In this document: in pieces, positions 17,215-27,180 of the stretch
Layout of the letters: each line of letters starts with the position of its first letter
How positions within the stretch are numbered: position 1 is the first letter of the stretch
Virus genome (UHGV): UHGV-0371537
Reading direction: 5' to 3' (one strand)
DNA: 64,000 nucleotides
From: a virus
Position numbers and translations under genes: made by a program
Notes under the pieces: generated by a model
Database searches by the model: none
The model's input: only the letters and a program-made list of their open reading frames with translations
What the model was told of the DNA's origin: nothing

Positions 17215-17826
17215 ATGAGCAAAATCTTTACCCCGACACATCGTGAAGGATGTGAGATCGCGGCCAACTACCTGCGCGGTCGCATGAACTGCGGCGCAGT
17301 CTTCATCGAACCAAACTCCTTCGACAACAAAGAATCGCCAGATGCCATCGGGTTTCGTTCAGGCGGGTGCTCTGTCCTGATGGAAGTGAAGGTGTCCCGC
17401 GCCGACTTCCTCACCGACAAGAAGAAGCCCCATCGGATGGACCCCACAACAGGGATGGGCGCATACCGCTTTTATGTCTGCCCTCAGGATGTGATCAGGG
17501 TTGAAGACCTGCCACCAAAGTGGGGGTTGTTCTACTTCACACCTCGCAAGTCCCTGATGCCCGTTCATGTGCCGGACATGCAATACTCCTCGTTGTCATC
17601 ACCAGAGCATTATCAGAAGTATCTTGATGAACAGATCAAGAGAGGAAGAACCGTCACCCGGCATATGCGCAGCTACATGGAACTTCTCGACGGCTTCGCC
17701 CACTTTGAGCGCAACACGGCTGGAGAACAGAATATCCTGTATGGGGCTTGGCGGCAACTGTGTATAGCTCAAAGTCGTGGTGTAGACTATACTGTGACCG
17801 AAGTGTTCCAGAGGCCGAAGATCTAA
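17215..17826 (+). CDS. PD-(D/E)xK nuclease-like protein
   Basis: ESPDAIGF...VLMEVKVSRADF matches D...E-x-K restriction-endonuclease-fold core; start at internal ATG 17215. Confidence 0.45.
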   Translation: MSKIFTPTHREGCEIAANYLRGRMNCGAVFIEPNSFDNKESPDAIGFRSGGCSVLMEVKVSRADFLTDKKKPHRMDPTTGMGAYRFYVCPQDVIRVEDLPPKWGLFYFTPRKSLMPVHVPDMQYSSLSSPEHYQKYLDEQIKRGRTVTRHMRSYMELLDGFAHFERNTAGEQNILYGAWRQLCIAQSRGVDYTVTEVFQRPKI

Positions 17827-18884
17827 TGAAATTTCTTGACGAGCAATTTATCAACAACGTGTCGCCCCGCCTTGACAAGTTCAAGTGGGAGCGCGTTGGT
17901 ACTGTCGCAAACTTCCGTTGTCCCCTGTGTGGTGACTCCACGAAGTCTGCCAACAAGCGCCGTGGATACTTCTTCTATGATCGGGATCATGACTGCTTCC
18001 GGTTCAAGTGCCACAACTGCAACCAGATGAATGGCTGGTCATTTGAGTTCTGGCTGAAGAAGTTCGATGAGCGCCTCTCAACCGAATACAACATGGAGAA
18101 GTTCCGTCTGCTGGGCGATACATCAGGCAGACCGCTTCCTTCCCTGAAGCCGTTACCAAAGCTGACACAGACCGCCCGTATTGGATCAGTGGCGGCGAAA
18201 CGCGACGAGAGCCTCCTCGGCAATATGCTGCGCCTTGATCTGCTACCGCCTGACCATAAGGCTCGACAGTACGTACAGTGGCGAGGACTACCGGAGAGCA
18301 CGTGGTCTTTGCTGTATTACACGCAGCACTTCCGACAGGATCTAAAACAGTTCGAAACAGATCCTGAAAAGCAGCTGAAGATCCCTGATGATGAACGGCT
18401 GGTGATTCCATTCTGGACGCAAGACGGGCGCATGAAGATCGTCCAGGGGCGCGCATTCGACGAAACAGCCACATTGCGTTATGCAACAGTCAAACCCAAG
18501 GACGAAGACACGAAGGTGTACGGTGAAGACCGGGTTAACTTTCACAAGACCAAGCTGGTCGTGGAAGGTCCGATTGACAGCCTCTTCCTACCCAATTGCA
18601 TGGCATCAGCTGATGCGGATTTGCTGAGTGTGAAGGGTGACATCTATATCCCTGATAACCAGTACCGGAACCCGCAGGTGTGTGACGGCATTCAGAAGAT
18701 GATAGATAAAGGTGTCAAGGTCGTGTTGTTCCCGCCGAGTATGCCATGGAAAGATATCAACGACATGGTCATGCCATCGAAGGGTAACATGGCCATACGA
18801 GACCTCCTGAAGCTGATTGCCCAGAACGTCTACCAGGGGATGGCCGCATCACTGCAATTTGCCGAACTGAGGAAAGTGAAATGA
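17826..18884 (+). CDS. 61: DNA primase gp61
   Basis: Zinc-binding CPLCGDS...RRGYF...CHNC and VVEGPIDSLF match the T4 gp61 pattern. Confidence 0.8.
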   Translation: MKFLDEQFINNVSPRLDKFKWERVGTVANFRCPLCGDSTKSANKRRGYFFYDRDHDCFRFKCHNCNQMNGWSFEFWLKKFDERLSTEYNMEKFRLLGDTSGRPLPSLKPLPKLTQTARIGSVAAKRDESLLGNMLRLDLLPPDHKARQYVQWRGLPESTWSLLYYTQHFRQDLKQFETDPEKQLKIPDDERLVIPFWTQDGRMKIVQGRAFDETATLRYATVKPKDEDTKVYGEDRVNFHKTKLVVEGPIDSLFLPNCMASADADLLSVKGDIYIPDNQYRNPQVCDGIQKMIDKGVKVVLFPPSMPWKDINDMVMPSKGNMAIRDLLKLIAQNVYQGMAASLQFAELRKVK

Positions 18885-19087
18885 CGTTAGAAGAACTGAA
18901 CAAGCTGGACGACGGGGAGATCGTGCGGGGGTACTTGAAATCCCGTGAGGGTTATGTCCTATCTGGGGAAGAGTCTCCGAGTTTCATCCACGGCTGGAAG
19001 AATGGTCAGGTGGACTTCCATGGTGTTCCCATCAGTCCTGAGCAGGCCGAATTGGCTCGCGAGTTTGTAAGATTTCGCCCGAGCTAA
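18881..19087 (+). CDS. hypothetical protein
   Basis: ORF track; overlaps primase stop; terminator follows. Confidence 0.4.
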   Translation: MTLEELNKLDDGEIVRGYLKSREGYVLSGEESPSFIHGWKNGQVDFHGVPISPEQAELAREFVRFRPS

Positions 19088-19116
19088 AACTTTTTACTTC
19101 ACATCACCCTCCCTCC

Positions 19117-19140
19117 AGGCCTCGTCGAATGAGGCCTTTT
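19117..19140 (+). terminator. rho-independent terminator
   Basis: aggcctc-gtcgaat-gaggcct then TTT. Confidence 0.5.
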
Positions 19141-19181
19141 AAAATACTTCAAAAATATTTTAAAAATTTATTGAAAAAGAC

Positions 19182-19210
19182 TTTACTCTTCAATAATGAT
19201 GCACTATTAT
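19182..19210 (+). promoter_or_regulatory. early-type promoter TTTACT-N17-TATTAT followed by stem-loop 19222-19238
   Basis: Read directly; TTCAATAA lies in the spacer. Confidence 0.5.
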
Positions 19211-19283
19211 AGTTCACATAGGGCGGTAACACACCGCCGAATGAAAAGTGAAACGAACCAACTACATTATGAGGAATTACATC

Positions 19284-19772
19284 ATGGCTACTACCAAAAC
19301 TCTGATCACCAACGGCACCATCTCTTTCGAACTGAACACCGAAGTTGCTAAAGTTGAAATGTTCCGCATCGCTCAGGCAGCTGGCTTCACTGGTGGCAAA
19401 ACTTCCTTCATGAACCTGCTGAACGGCAAAGTGGAAGCGACTAACGGCTTCACCCTGGTAGAGCAGACTGTGGTTGACAAAGCCGTGGTTGCTAAGGCTG
19501 CTGACAAAGTTGGCATGCTGAAAGACCTGGGTCACGACATCCACGTTGTCGAAGCGAATACCGAAACTTACGGCACCATCGTAGTCGGTAAAGGTCGCAT
19601 CCAGCTGAACCCACTGAACAACGGTTCCTTCTCTGTGATGGTCTTCCCTAAGAAGGGCTATGACAACACAGACATCGTGAAAGCTGCTGGCGGCGAAGCG
19701 AAAGCTCAGTATGTCAAAATGGGTAAACTGAGCGCCAAAGACGTTCAGACCCTGGTGAGCAAACTGGCTTAA
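19284..19772 (+). CDS. hypothetical protein
   Basis: gagga RBS; sits behind promoter plus stem-loop cassette and before a terminator. Confidence 0.5.
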   Translation: MATTKTLITNGTISFELNTEVAKVEMFRIAQAAGFTGGKTSFMNLLNGKVEATNGFTLVEQTVVDKAVVAKAADKVGMLKDLGHDIHVVEANTETYGTIVVGKGRIQLNPLNNGSFSVMVFPKKGYDNTDIVKAAGGEAKAQYVKMGKLSAKDVQTLVSKLA

Positions 19773-19826
19773 TCGAAAGGGGGAGGAAACTCCCCTCCTT
19801 ATTCAGATTTTTGGTAGGAGACCATC

Positions 19827-20015
19827 ATGTCCCGCGCTGTCATTCAAGCCTCTCCAGGCGCTCTCTGGGTTGTCAACCGCATTCCGAACAAAGTCTTTCC
19901 TCAGTTTCAAGAGGAACTCGAGCAGGCGATGTTAGCAGTCCTGGAAAAATACGGGTACGACACTGAAGTTCGTACGTCCTTCAACGAAGTCATGCCAGTG
20001 GTGGTAGCAAGATGA
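19827..20015 (+). CDS. hypothetical protein
   Basis: ORF track only. Confidence 0.35.
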   Translation: MSRAVIQASPGALWVVNRIPNKVFPQFQEELEQAMLAVLEKYGYDTEVRTSFNEVMPVVVAR

Positions 20016-20311
20016 AACTGAGCAGCTCAGAAGCGACCAAGATTGCGGAAGAATCAGCACAACTGCTGGCTTCACATACTTCAAAACCCTGGGTAATAGA
20101 CACATGTTCTTTCTCCCAAGTTATCCTTTCTTGCGGGGATGTTTACGTTCAGCATCTACTAACCACGGGATCTTGGTTTGCTGGTTTTAAAGAATATGAT
20201 GATAGTATTACCAGTCGTTATGTTGGTTCTGCAATAATGGCATATGAAGGTTTAAAGTCCGCTGTCGAAGATTACATTACCCAGTTGAAAGAAATCCACG
20301 ATAATATGTGA
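20012..20311 (+). CDS. hypothetical protein
   Basis: ORF track; A+T-rich. Confidence 0.35.
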   Translation: MKLSSSEATKIAEESAQLLASHTSKPWVIDTCSFSQVILSCGDVYVQHLLTTGSWFAGFKEYDDSITSRYVGSAIMAYEGLKSAVEDYITQLKEIHDNM

Positions 20312-20380
20312 CACGGCAGTTCCTCAAGTAGTTCACTTTCACTTTAAATACCTTCGCATTCATTGCGGAGGTATTTTCTT

Positions 20381-21175
20381 ATGGCCATTCTAAAACTTGG
20401 CAACCGTGGCACTGAAGTGAAGGCACTTCAGGATAGCCTCAACAAAATCGGCTTCACCCTCGTCGCCGACGGCATCTTTGGTAAGGCAACAGAGAACGCT
20501 GTCAAGACTGTTCAGGCGGGTGCGGGGCTTGTCATCGACGGTATCGTGGGTCCAAAGACCTCCTATGCTATTCGCAACGCTGGAGACGCCCATCAAGATC
20601 ACCTGACCGAGGCTGACCTTATCGATGCGGCTAATCAGCTTGGAGTTGATCTCGCCTCTGTAAAGGCGGTCAACCAGGTGGAATCCCGTGGCACTGGCTT
20701 CACCAAGTCAGGTAAGATCAAGACATTGTTCGAACGCCACATCATGTACAAGAAGCTCATGGCGAAGTTCGGCCAGGCTCGGGCGAATGCTATAGGGCAG
20801 ATGTACCCGACGTTGGTCAGTCCTTCTGCAGGTGGGTACACGGGCGGCGATGCAGAACTGGATCGACTTCATGCGGCCATCAACATCGACGAGGATTGTG
20901 CGTACGAGAGTGCCTCATACGGTCTCTTCCAGATCATGGGCTTCAACTGCCAGGTCTGTGGGTATGCCAATGCCAAGGAGATGTTCAATGACTTCCTGAC
21001 AGGCGAACGTGCTCATCTGATGGCATTCGTGAAGTTCATCAAGGCCGATGCCAAGCTCTGGCAGGCTCTGAAGGACAAGAACTGGGCTGAGTTTGCGCGG
21101 CGCTATAATGGTCCGGCGTATGCCAAGAACCAGTACGACACGAAGCTCGCTGCTGCATACAAGAGTTTCAGTTAA
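20381..21175 (+). CDS. endolysin: peptidoglycan-binding domain plus N-acetylmuramidase-like domain
   Basis: N-terminus LKLGNRGTEVKALQDSLNKIGF...DGIFGKAT...GIVGPKT = PG_binding_1-like; C-terminus WAEFARRYNGPAYAKNQYDTKL typical of the DUF3380/muramidase family; ggagg RBS. Confidence 0.8.
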   Translation: MAILKLGNRGTEVKALQDSLNKIGFTLVADGIFGKATENAVKTVQAGAGLVIDGIVGPKTSYAIRNAGDAHQDHLTEADLIDAANQLGVDLASVKAVNQVESRGTGFTKSGKIKTLFERHIMYKKLMAKFGQARANAIGQMYPTLVSPSAGGYTGGDAELDRLHAAINIDEDCAYESASYGLFQIMGFNCQVCGYANAKEMFNDFLTGERAHLMAFVKFIKADAKLWQALKDKNWAEFARRYNGPAYAKNQYDTKLAAAYKSFS

Positions 21176-21178
21176 CTC

Positions 21179-21204
21179 AAAGGCCGGAAACGGCCTTTTT
21201 CTTT
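21179..21204 (+). terminator. rho-independent terminator after endolysin
   Basis: aggccg-gaaa-cggcct followed by tttttcttt. Confidence 0.75.
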
Positions 21205-21279
21205 ATCCGCCCCTCGGGTATGCTGGGTGTGTCGCCTTAATTAAGGTTGATGACACCCCTGAGATATAGGAAGGTTCCC

Positions 21280-22122
21280 ATGCAATCTGCCACCAAAGTT
21301 GTAAGTATGAAGCCAGCGGGCAAGACCAAGTCAGCACGTAAGAAGGAGACTGTTCAGAAAGAAGATGACTGGATGAAGTTCTCCAAAGGCGACTTTAGAA
21401 TCGCTCCGTTCAATGGCCTCTCAGAGAATCAGAACCTCGCATATCAATCTGCTCTTGAAGAAAACCTCACCATCGCGATTGGTCCGGCAGGCACGGGTAA
21501 ATCGTACTGCGGTGCCTCAGCCGCCGCCAAGCTCCTGATCGATAAAGTTGTCAGTAAGATCGTCATCACACGCTCTCCGCTGCCAACAGGCCAGACAGCA
21601 GGCTTCCGTCCTGGCGACACTTACGAAAAGCTCATGCCATACCTGATGCCCCTGATTCAGACGCTGAAAAAGGTGCTGAAGACCGATACTGGCAGCGACG
21701 GGTTCTTCAACTATCTGTGGGAGAAACGGATCATCGAGATCCAGGATCTGGAGACCATCAAGGGGATGACCTTTGACGACACCTTCCTGATTATCGAAGA
21801 AGCGCAGGAATGCGATATGGAGCAGCTGAAGAACCTGCTGACCCGCGCATCCGACTCGACTTACATCTTTGTCAACGGTGACATCAAGCAATCCAACAAG
21901 CGCCTGCGCGACAGCGCTCTGGAAAAGTACGTCGGTTCCTTCCGCGACTTCAACGCCAAGCTGGAGGCCGGAACTCTGAAGATCGATGGTGTTGGAGTCG
22001 GTGATGAATACCCTGAATGGGTACAACCGTTCAGTATCATCGAATTCAACAAGACCGACCGCAACGGGCGCGGCGACTTCACTCGCCTGATGCTGGAAGT
22101 CAACGATCTGTACGACATTTAA
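21280..22122 (+). CDS. phoH: PhoH-like ATPase
   Basis: Walker A GPAGTGKSY and PhoH-like Walker B region FLIIEEAQ. Confidence 0.8.
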   Translation: MQSATKVVSMKPAGKTKSARKKETVQKEDDWMKFSKGDFRIAPFNGLSENQNLAYQSALEENLTIAIGPAGTGKSYCGASAAAKLLIDKVVSKIVITRSPLPTGQTAGFRPGDTYEKLMPYLMPLIQTLKKVLKTDTGSDGFFNYLWEKRIIEIQDLETIKGMTFDDTFLIIEEAQECDMEQLKNLLTRASDSTYIFVNGDIKQSNKRLRDSALEKYVGSFRDFNAKLEAGTLKIDGVGVGDEYPEWVQPFSIIEFNKTDRNGRGDFTRLMLEVNDLYDI

Positions 22123-22191
22123 GTAACTCACCAACACTCCCCGCCGCCTTCAATCTACGAGGGCGGCGTATAATATGTTCCGAGACTAATC

Positions 22192-22851
22192 ATGAATTAT
22201 CAAAATATCTATGACTCTCTGATACAAAGAGCCAAGACCCGTTCATTGGTTGGTTATTCTGAAACCCACCATATTATCCCTAGATGTATGGGAGGGAAAG
22301 ATGACAAACATAATCTGGTGGAGTTGACACCAGAAGAACATTATTTAGCACATCAATTGTTAGTCAAAATATATCCCAAAAATTTCAAATTAGCATTTGC
22401 AGCTAATGCTATGTGCGTAAACAATGAATTCTCCGGTAGATCTTGTAACAAATTATTCGGTTGGTTGCGGAGAAAACTTTCTCATTCCAATAAACAGATG
22501 TACAAAGACAACCCTAATTTGAGGAAAATTCGTTCCGATCAAATGAAACAGACACATGTAAAGTATTCTCATTTGCGGGAAATACAGTCTAAACGTTTGA
22601 AGGAAAACAATATATGCGTGATAAAACAACCTTGGGAAAGTAACCATGCCACCAAAGAGTCTTTGGATATATGGAAACGCGCCGACGAATATTATGATTG
22701 GTGGTTGTGCAACCAAAAAGGTTGCACGTTCATGGCGAAAGCGTTTGGGTTCAAAAACAAGACGACTCCGCATTTCACAATGATTAATAAATTTAAATCT
22801 GGGTGGAATCCCAAAGCCGACCCAGAGTGGTTAGAGTTTGTAAGTCAATAA
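22192..22851 (+). CDS. HNH homing endonuclease (free-standing)
   Basis: ETHHIIPRCMGGKDDKHNLVELTPEEHYLAH = HNH motif; A+T-rich island between phoH and nrdA. Confidence 0.75.
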   Translation: MNYQNIYDSLIQRAKTRSLVGYSETHHIIPRCMGGKDDKHNLVELTPEEHYLAHQLLVKIYPKNFKLAFAANAMCVNNEFSGRSCNKLFGWLRRKLSHSNKQMYKDNPNLRKIRSDQMKQTHVKYSHLREIQSKRLKENNICVIKQPWESNHATKESLDIWKRADEYYDWWLCNQKGCTFMAKAFGFKNKTTPHFTMINKFKSGWNPKADPEWLEFVSQ

Positions 22852-22910
22852 GCCCCGAAGAGTTTATTATTGGGGTGGAGTTCATTCACCAATAAATCCA
22901 GGAAATATAA

Positions 22911-25199
22911 ATGAGCGAAATTAACGTCATTAAGCGGGACGGATCTTCTGTCCCCTTTGATATTGAGAAACTACACGCAGTCGTAGACCGCGCATGTGAC
23001 GGCCTGCCTGGTGTATCAATGTCAGAGGTGATCGCTGCATCGAAGATTCAGTTCACCGACAACATGAGAACAGATCGCATTCAGGATATCCTCATCCAGG
23101 CTGCGGCTTCGCTGATCTCTGTAGACAAACCCAATTACCAGTATGTGGCTGCTCGCCTGAAGTCATATGATCTGCGCAAGGCTGTCTATGGCCAGTACAA
23201 GCCGCCTCACCTGCTGGATATCTTCGTCAAGAACATCAAACAGCGTGTGTATGATCGTGAGTTCCTTGATCTCTACACGACCGAAGAGTTCAACGAGCTG
23301 AACGATGTTATCAACCACAAACGTGACAAGAACTTCACCTGGGCGGCCATGGGTCAGCTGACAGAGAAGTATCTGCTGCGTGACCGTTCCAAGAAGGACA
23401 GCAAGATCTTCTATGAAACCCCACAGGTCATGTACATGGGCATCGCCATGGCGTTGTTCTCCAACTGGGACAAAGACAGCCGCCTGGATATGGTGAAGAA
23501 GTTCTATGAATATGCCAGCACAGGCAAGTTCAGTCTTCCAACCCCGATTATGGCAGGCGTTCGTACTCCTACCCGTCAGTTCAGTTCCTGCGTGTTGATC
23601 AAAACTGGTGACACCCTGGACTCTATCAACGCAACAGCCAAGACCATCGTTGACTATGTGTCCAAACGTGCGGGTATCGGCTTCGACATCGGGGCGATAC
23701 GTGGGATTGGTAGTCCTATTCGCGGCGGAGAGATGGTTCACACAGGCCTGATCCCATTCATCAAGTATCTCACTGGGGCGCTCAAGTCTTGCTCCCAGGG
23801 CGGCATTCGTGGTGGTGCAGCAACAGCTTATATCCCTCTGTGGCATTACCAGTTCGATGACGTCGTTGTACTGAAGAATAACCGTGGCACTGAAGAAAAC
23901 CGCGAACGCCGTATCGACTACGGTATTCAGATCAACCGCGTGATGTTTGAGCGCCTGGTTGCCAAGCAGCCTCTGTATCTGTTCGACCCGAAAGACAACC
24001 GCGAAATGTACGAAGCATACTTCTCCGACGTCGACAAGTTCCGTACTCTGTATGAGAACATGATCAAGGCCGCCGATGCTGGTCTGGTACGTTCTAAGAA
24101 GCTGCAGGCTGAAGAAGTGTTCCAGATGCTGTTAGACCAGCGTTCAGACACAGGCCGCATCTACATCGCATTTGTCGATCACATGAATGAATACAGCCCA
24201 TTCAACCTCGACACGATCTACAGCTCCAACCTGTGTCTTGAAATCGCCCTGCCGACCCGTGAGTTTGAGCAGTACAACGATGAAAACGGGCGCGTGGCTC
24301 TGTGCACCCTGGCTTCCTTTAACCTGACGGCGTTCGAAGACCCGACTGAGATGGAAGACGTGGCGTTTGTGTTGGTGTCTGCGCTGGACATGCTGTTGGA
24401 ATATCAGGACTATCCGGCAATCCAGGCTCGTAAGGCTGTTGAGGATTATCGCCCTCTGGGTGTTGGTATCGTGAACGTGGCTCACTTCTTGGCCAAGAAC
24501 TTCACAGGCTATGGTTCTCCGGCTGGTCTTGAGATGTTGGATGCGTGGATGGCACACCTGCACTACTATCTGGTCAAGGCATCCAACCGTCTGGCGATGA
24601 AGTTCGGTGCATGCAAACGTGGAACCATCCACAATAATGGGCAGGTCACTGCCGATCTTCAGCCGCTTCCACTTGATATCCTGCCGAATGGTAAGAAACC
24701 GGAAGGCATGGCATACGGCCTGGATTGGGAAGAACTGAAGGATGATCTGAAGACCTATGGTATCCGCAATGCCACCCTGCTGGCAGTAGCCCCTACCGAA
24801 AGCTCCTCACAAGTCCTCAACGCAACGAACGGCATTGAGCCACCGAAGGGCTTGGTAAGCATTAAGGGCAGCAAGGACGGCACGTACAAGCAGGTCGTTC
24901 CGGATGTAGAGACCCTTGGACCGCTGTATGACCTGAAGTGGGACCTGGAATGCATCGAGTACCTGAAGACCGCTGCTGTCATCCAGCGCTGGGTTGACCA
25001 GTCCATCAGTACCAACACATGGTATGACCCAGAGAAGTACCCTGACGGCAAGATCCCTCGTGCTAAGATGATGCAGGATATCCTGTCGTTCTATATGTGG
25101 GGTGGTAAGACTCTGTATTACAACACGAACAAGGACGCCAAGGAAGACGAAGAGCTGAAACAGGCTGATGCCGTGGAATGTGAAAGTTGTATCGTGTAG
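22911..25199 (+). CDS. nrdA: ribonucleotide reductase class Ia alpha subunit
   Basis: 762 aa; N-terminal ATP-cone VIKRDGSSVPFDIEKL; active-site region NLCLEIALP; C-terminal CESC redox pair. Confidence 0.95.
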   Translation: MSEINVIKRDGSSVPFDIEKLHAVVDRACDGLPGVSMSEVIAASKIQFTDNMRTDRIQDILIQAAASLISVDKPNYQYVAARLKSYDLRKAVYGQYKPPHLLDIFVKNIKQRVYDREFLDLYTTEEFNELNDVINHKRDKNFTWAAMGQLTEKYLLRDRSKKDSKIFYETPQVMYMGIAMALFSNWDKDSRLDMVKKFYEYASTGKFSLPTPIMAGVRTPTRQFSSCVLIKTGDTLDSINATAKTIVDYVSKRAGIGFDIGAIRGIGSPIRGGEMVHTGLIPFIKYLTGALKSCSQGGIRGGAATAYIPLWHYQFDDVVVLKNNRGTEENRERRIDYGIQINRVMFERLVAKQPLYLFDPKDNREMYEAYFSDVDKFRTLYENMIKAADAGLVRSKKLQAEEVFQMLLDQRSDTGRIYIAFVDHMNEYSPFNLDTIYSSNLCLEIALPTREFEQYNDENGRVALCTLASFNLTAFEDPTEMEDVAFVLVSALDMLLEYQDYPAIQARKAVEDYRPLGVGIVNVAHFLAKNFTGYGSPAGLEMLDAWMAHLHYYLVKASNRLAMKFGACKRGTIHNNGQVTADLQPLPLDILPNGKKPEGMAYGLDWEELKDDLKTYGIRNATLLAVAPTESSSQVLNATNGIEPPKGLVSIKGSKDGTYKQVVPDVETLGPLYDLKWDLECIEYLKTAAVIQRWVDQSISTNTWYDPEKYPDGKIPRAKMMQDILSFYMWGGKTLYYNTNKDAKEDEELKQADAVECESCIV

Positions 25200-25270
25200 G
25201 TTAGGTCTAAACCTGCTACCGTTATATCATCAGGGGTGAGAGATCACCCCTTATTCATCAGGAAAGAAAC

Positions 25271-26374
25271 ATGAGCGAACAGAAACAATTTTCCGTATTC
25301 GACCCAAGCTCGGACAACACTGGCCTGCCGTTCTTCGGCGACCCAGTGAGCATCCAGCGCTATGACATCGTGGCTTGGCCATTCGTACAGAAGTGGTATG
25401 AGAAAGGCCTCAGCCAGTTCTGGCGTCCGGAAGAAGTAGACATCACCAAGGACAAGGCCGACTATGCCACCCTCACACCTGCTGAAAAGCGCATCTATGA
25501 GAGCAACCTGAAGCGCCAGACCATGCTGGATTCTATCCAGGGCGCGGCTCCGTTCGAGGCGTTTGGTCCATGGGCGTCTACCCCTGAAATGCAGTTCGCC
25601 GTCCTTGAGTGGACGCGCCAGGAAGCCATTCACTCCCTGTCGTACACCCACATCCTGCGAAACACTGTGAACGATCCTGGTATCGTGTTTGACCACGTGT
25701 TGGACGTTGCAGAGATCGTGGATTGTGCTCATCAGATTAGTACTCACTATGACGATATGGTTCGTTACAGTGGCATGCGTATGGCTGGTCGCGCCTTTAC
25801 CCGTGAAGACATGATGAATGCCAAACGTGCATTCTGGCGTGCTCTGTTTGCTGCCAACACACTGGAAGGCATCCGCTTCTACGTGTCCTTTGCATGCTCT
25901 TGGGCGTTCACGCAGTTCCAGAAGAAGATGGAAGGTAATGCTAAAATCATTCGCCAGATCGCCCGTGATGAGCAAGATCACCTGATCCTGACTCAGACGC
26001 TGCTGAACCGTCTGCCTGGCATGGACCCTGACTTCGAAATCATCCGTGAGGAACTGCGTGGTGAGATGACCCAGATGTTCTTGGACGTGGGTAATCAGGA
26101 GAAGCAATGGGCTGACTATCTGTTCCAGGACGGCTCCATGCTTGGCCTGAACGCGAAGATCCTACACCATATGGTAGACTGGTTGCTCACCCACCGCATG
26201 GGCGCTATCGGACACCCATATCCTGGGGAACCACGTAAGGAATGCCCAGTGCCATGGATCAACGAGTGGCTAAATAATAAGACAATGCAGTACGCGTTGC
26301 AGGAAGCTGAAGCTCCTGATTATCTTATGGGTGTACTGACTGGTTCAGTATCCGACGGCCTCAAATTCGCTTAA
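25271..26374 (+). CDS. nrdB: ribonucleotide reductase class Ia beta subunit
   Basis: 367 aa; ferritin-like di-iron motifs (EAIHSLSY, EGIRFYVSF); adjacent to nrdA. Confidence 0.9.
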   Translation: MSEQKQFSVFDPSSDNTGLPFFGDPVSIQRYDIVAWPFVQKWYEKGLSQFWRPEEVDITKDKADYATLTPAEKRIYESNLKRQTMLDSIQGAAPFEAFGPWASTPEMQFAVLEWTRQEAIHSLSYTHILRNTVNDPGIVFDHVLDVAEIVDCAHQISTHYDDMVRYSGMRMAGRAFTREDMMNAKRAFWRALFAANTLEGIRFYVSFACSWAFTQFQKKMEGNAKIIRQIARDEQDHLILTQTLLNRLPGMDPDFEIIREELRGEMTQMFLDVGNQEKQWADYLFQDGSMLGLNAKILHHMVDWLLTHRMGAIGHPYPGEPRKECPVPWINEWLNNKTMQYALQEAEAPDYLMGVLTGSVSDGLKFA

Positions 26375-26383
26375 AGGTGAGAA

Positions 26384-26608
26384 ATGATTACGATCTATTC
26401 CAAACAAGGTTGCGCTCAGTGTGTTACAGCTGAAAATCTGTGTAAGATGAAAGGGCTGGAACACAAGATCCTCAAGCTGGACAAAGACTACCAGCTGGAA
26501 GAACTTCAGAAGTTGACGGGTAAGCAGCGCATGTCTATGCCTGTAATCGTCCTCGCTGACCAGACCGTGACCGACGTTACTGGACTCGCCGCCAGCCTCA
26601 AGCGCTGA
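26384..26608 (+). CDS. glutaredoxin-like redoxin (NrdC/NrdH-like)
   Basis: 74 aa; CAQC active-site motif near N-terminus; immediately downstream of nrdB. Confidence 0.7.
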   Translation: MITIYSKQGCAQCVTAENLCKMKGLEHKILKLDKDYQLEELQKLTGKQRMSMPVIVLADQTVTDVTGLAASLKR

Positions 26609-26616
26609 TCTGTCAA

Positions 26617-26640
26617 AGCCCCTCAATGAGGGGCTTTACT
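26617..26640 (+). terminator. rho-independent terminator after nrdC-like gene
   Basis: agcccctc-aatg-gaggggct then tttactttt. Confidence 0.55.
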
Positions 26641-26663
26641 TTTGAAACACCCTCCCCTATACT
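26635..26663 (+). promoter_or_regulatory. early-type promoter TTTACT-N17-TATACT
   Basis: Overlaps 3' arm of the nrdC terminator hairpin; paralogous to 12894-12922. Confidence 0.5.
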
Positions 26664-26713
26664 TCCCAATAATTCATTGGCATTCGCCACAAATTGAAAG
26701 CGGGAACTATATC

Positions 26714-27175
26714 ATGACAAACAAAGTGCTCACCAACCCACTGCACAACTTCGGTTACATTCAGCTTCCTCTGGTGATTGATACCCTATACGCTGATGAC
26801 AAAGAGGAGATCTGTTGGTCTCCAACCGCTCTGATTGAACGCGAAATCTTCAAGTCTGTTGTTGATGTTATGTTCCGTATCGGTCGCAATGCACCTCTGG
26901 TCTACCTCGGCAAAGCAACTGAACTGAAGACAAGCCACAACGAACGCTTCCTGCGCATTGATACTACCGGGTGCTCCCAGCAAGACTTCAACACACTGCG
27001 CAATTATGTTCTGGTCAACCGCCCGGTATCCCAGCATCGTCCTTACCTGACGTCAATGCACATAGACAGTTTCATCACTGACGTACACCTGCAGGCTGAA
27101 ACCCTCCATGAAGAGGAAACAGGCCGAGCTATCGACACTGTCTTAAATATGGTTGTGATCACCCTCGCGGAGTAG
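26714..27175 (+). CDS. hypothetical protein
   Basis: ATG 26714 in context ggaactatatcATG behind promoter cassette. Confidence 0.5.
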   Translation: MTNKVLTNPLHNFGYIQLPLVIDTLYADDKEEICWSPTALIEREIFKSVVDVMFRIGRNAPLVYLGKATELKTSHNERFLRIDTTGCSQQDFNTLRNYVLVNRPVSQHRPYLTSMHIDSFITDVHLQAETLHEEETGRAIDTVLNMVVITLAE

Positions 27176-27180
27176 CCATC

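Noticed and set aside
23163-24632. Minus-strand ORFs 23163-23846, 23927-24160 and 24144-24632 inside nrdA
   Set aside because: Fully antisense to a clearly conserved ribonucleotide reductase gene, with Arg/His-rich low-complexity translations and no RBS; treated as chance ORFs.
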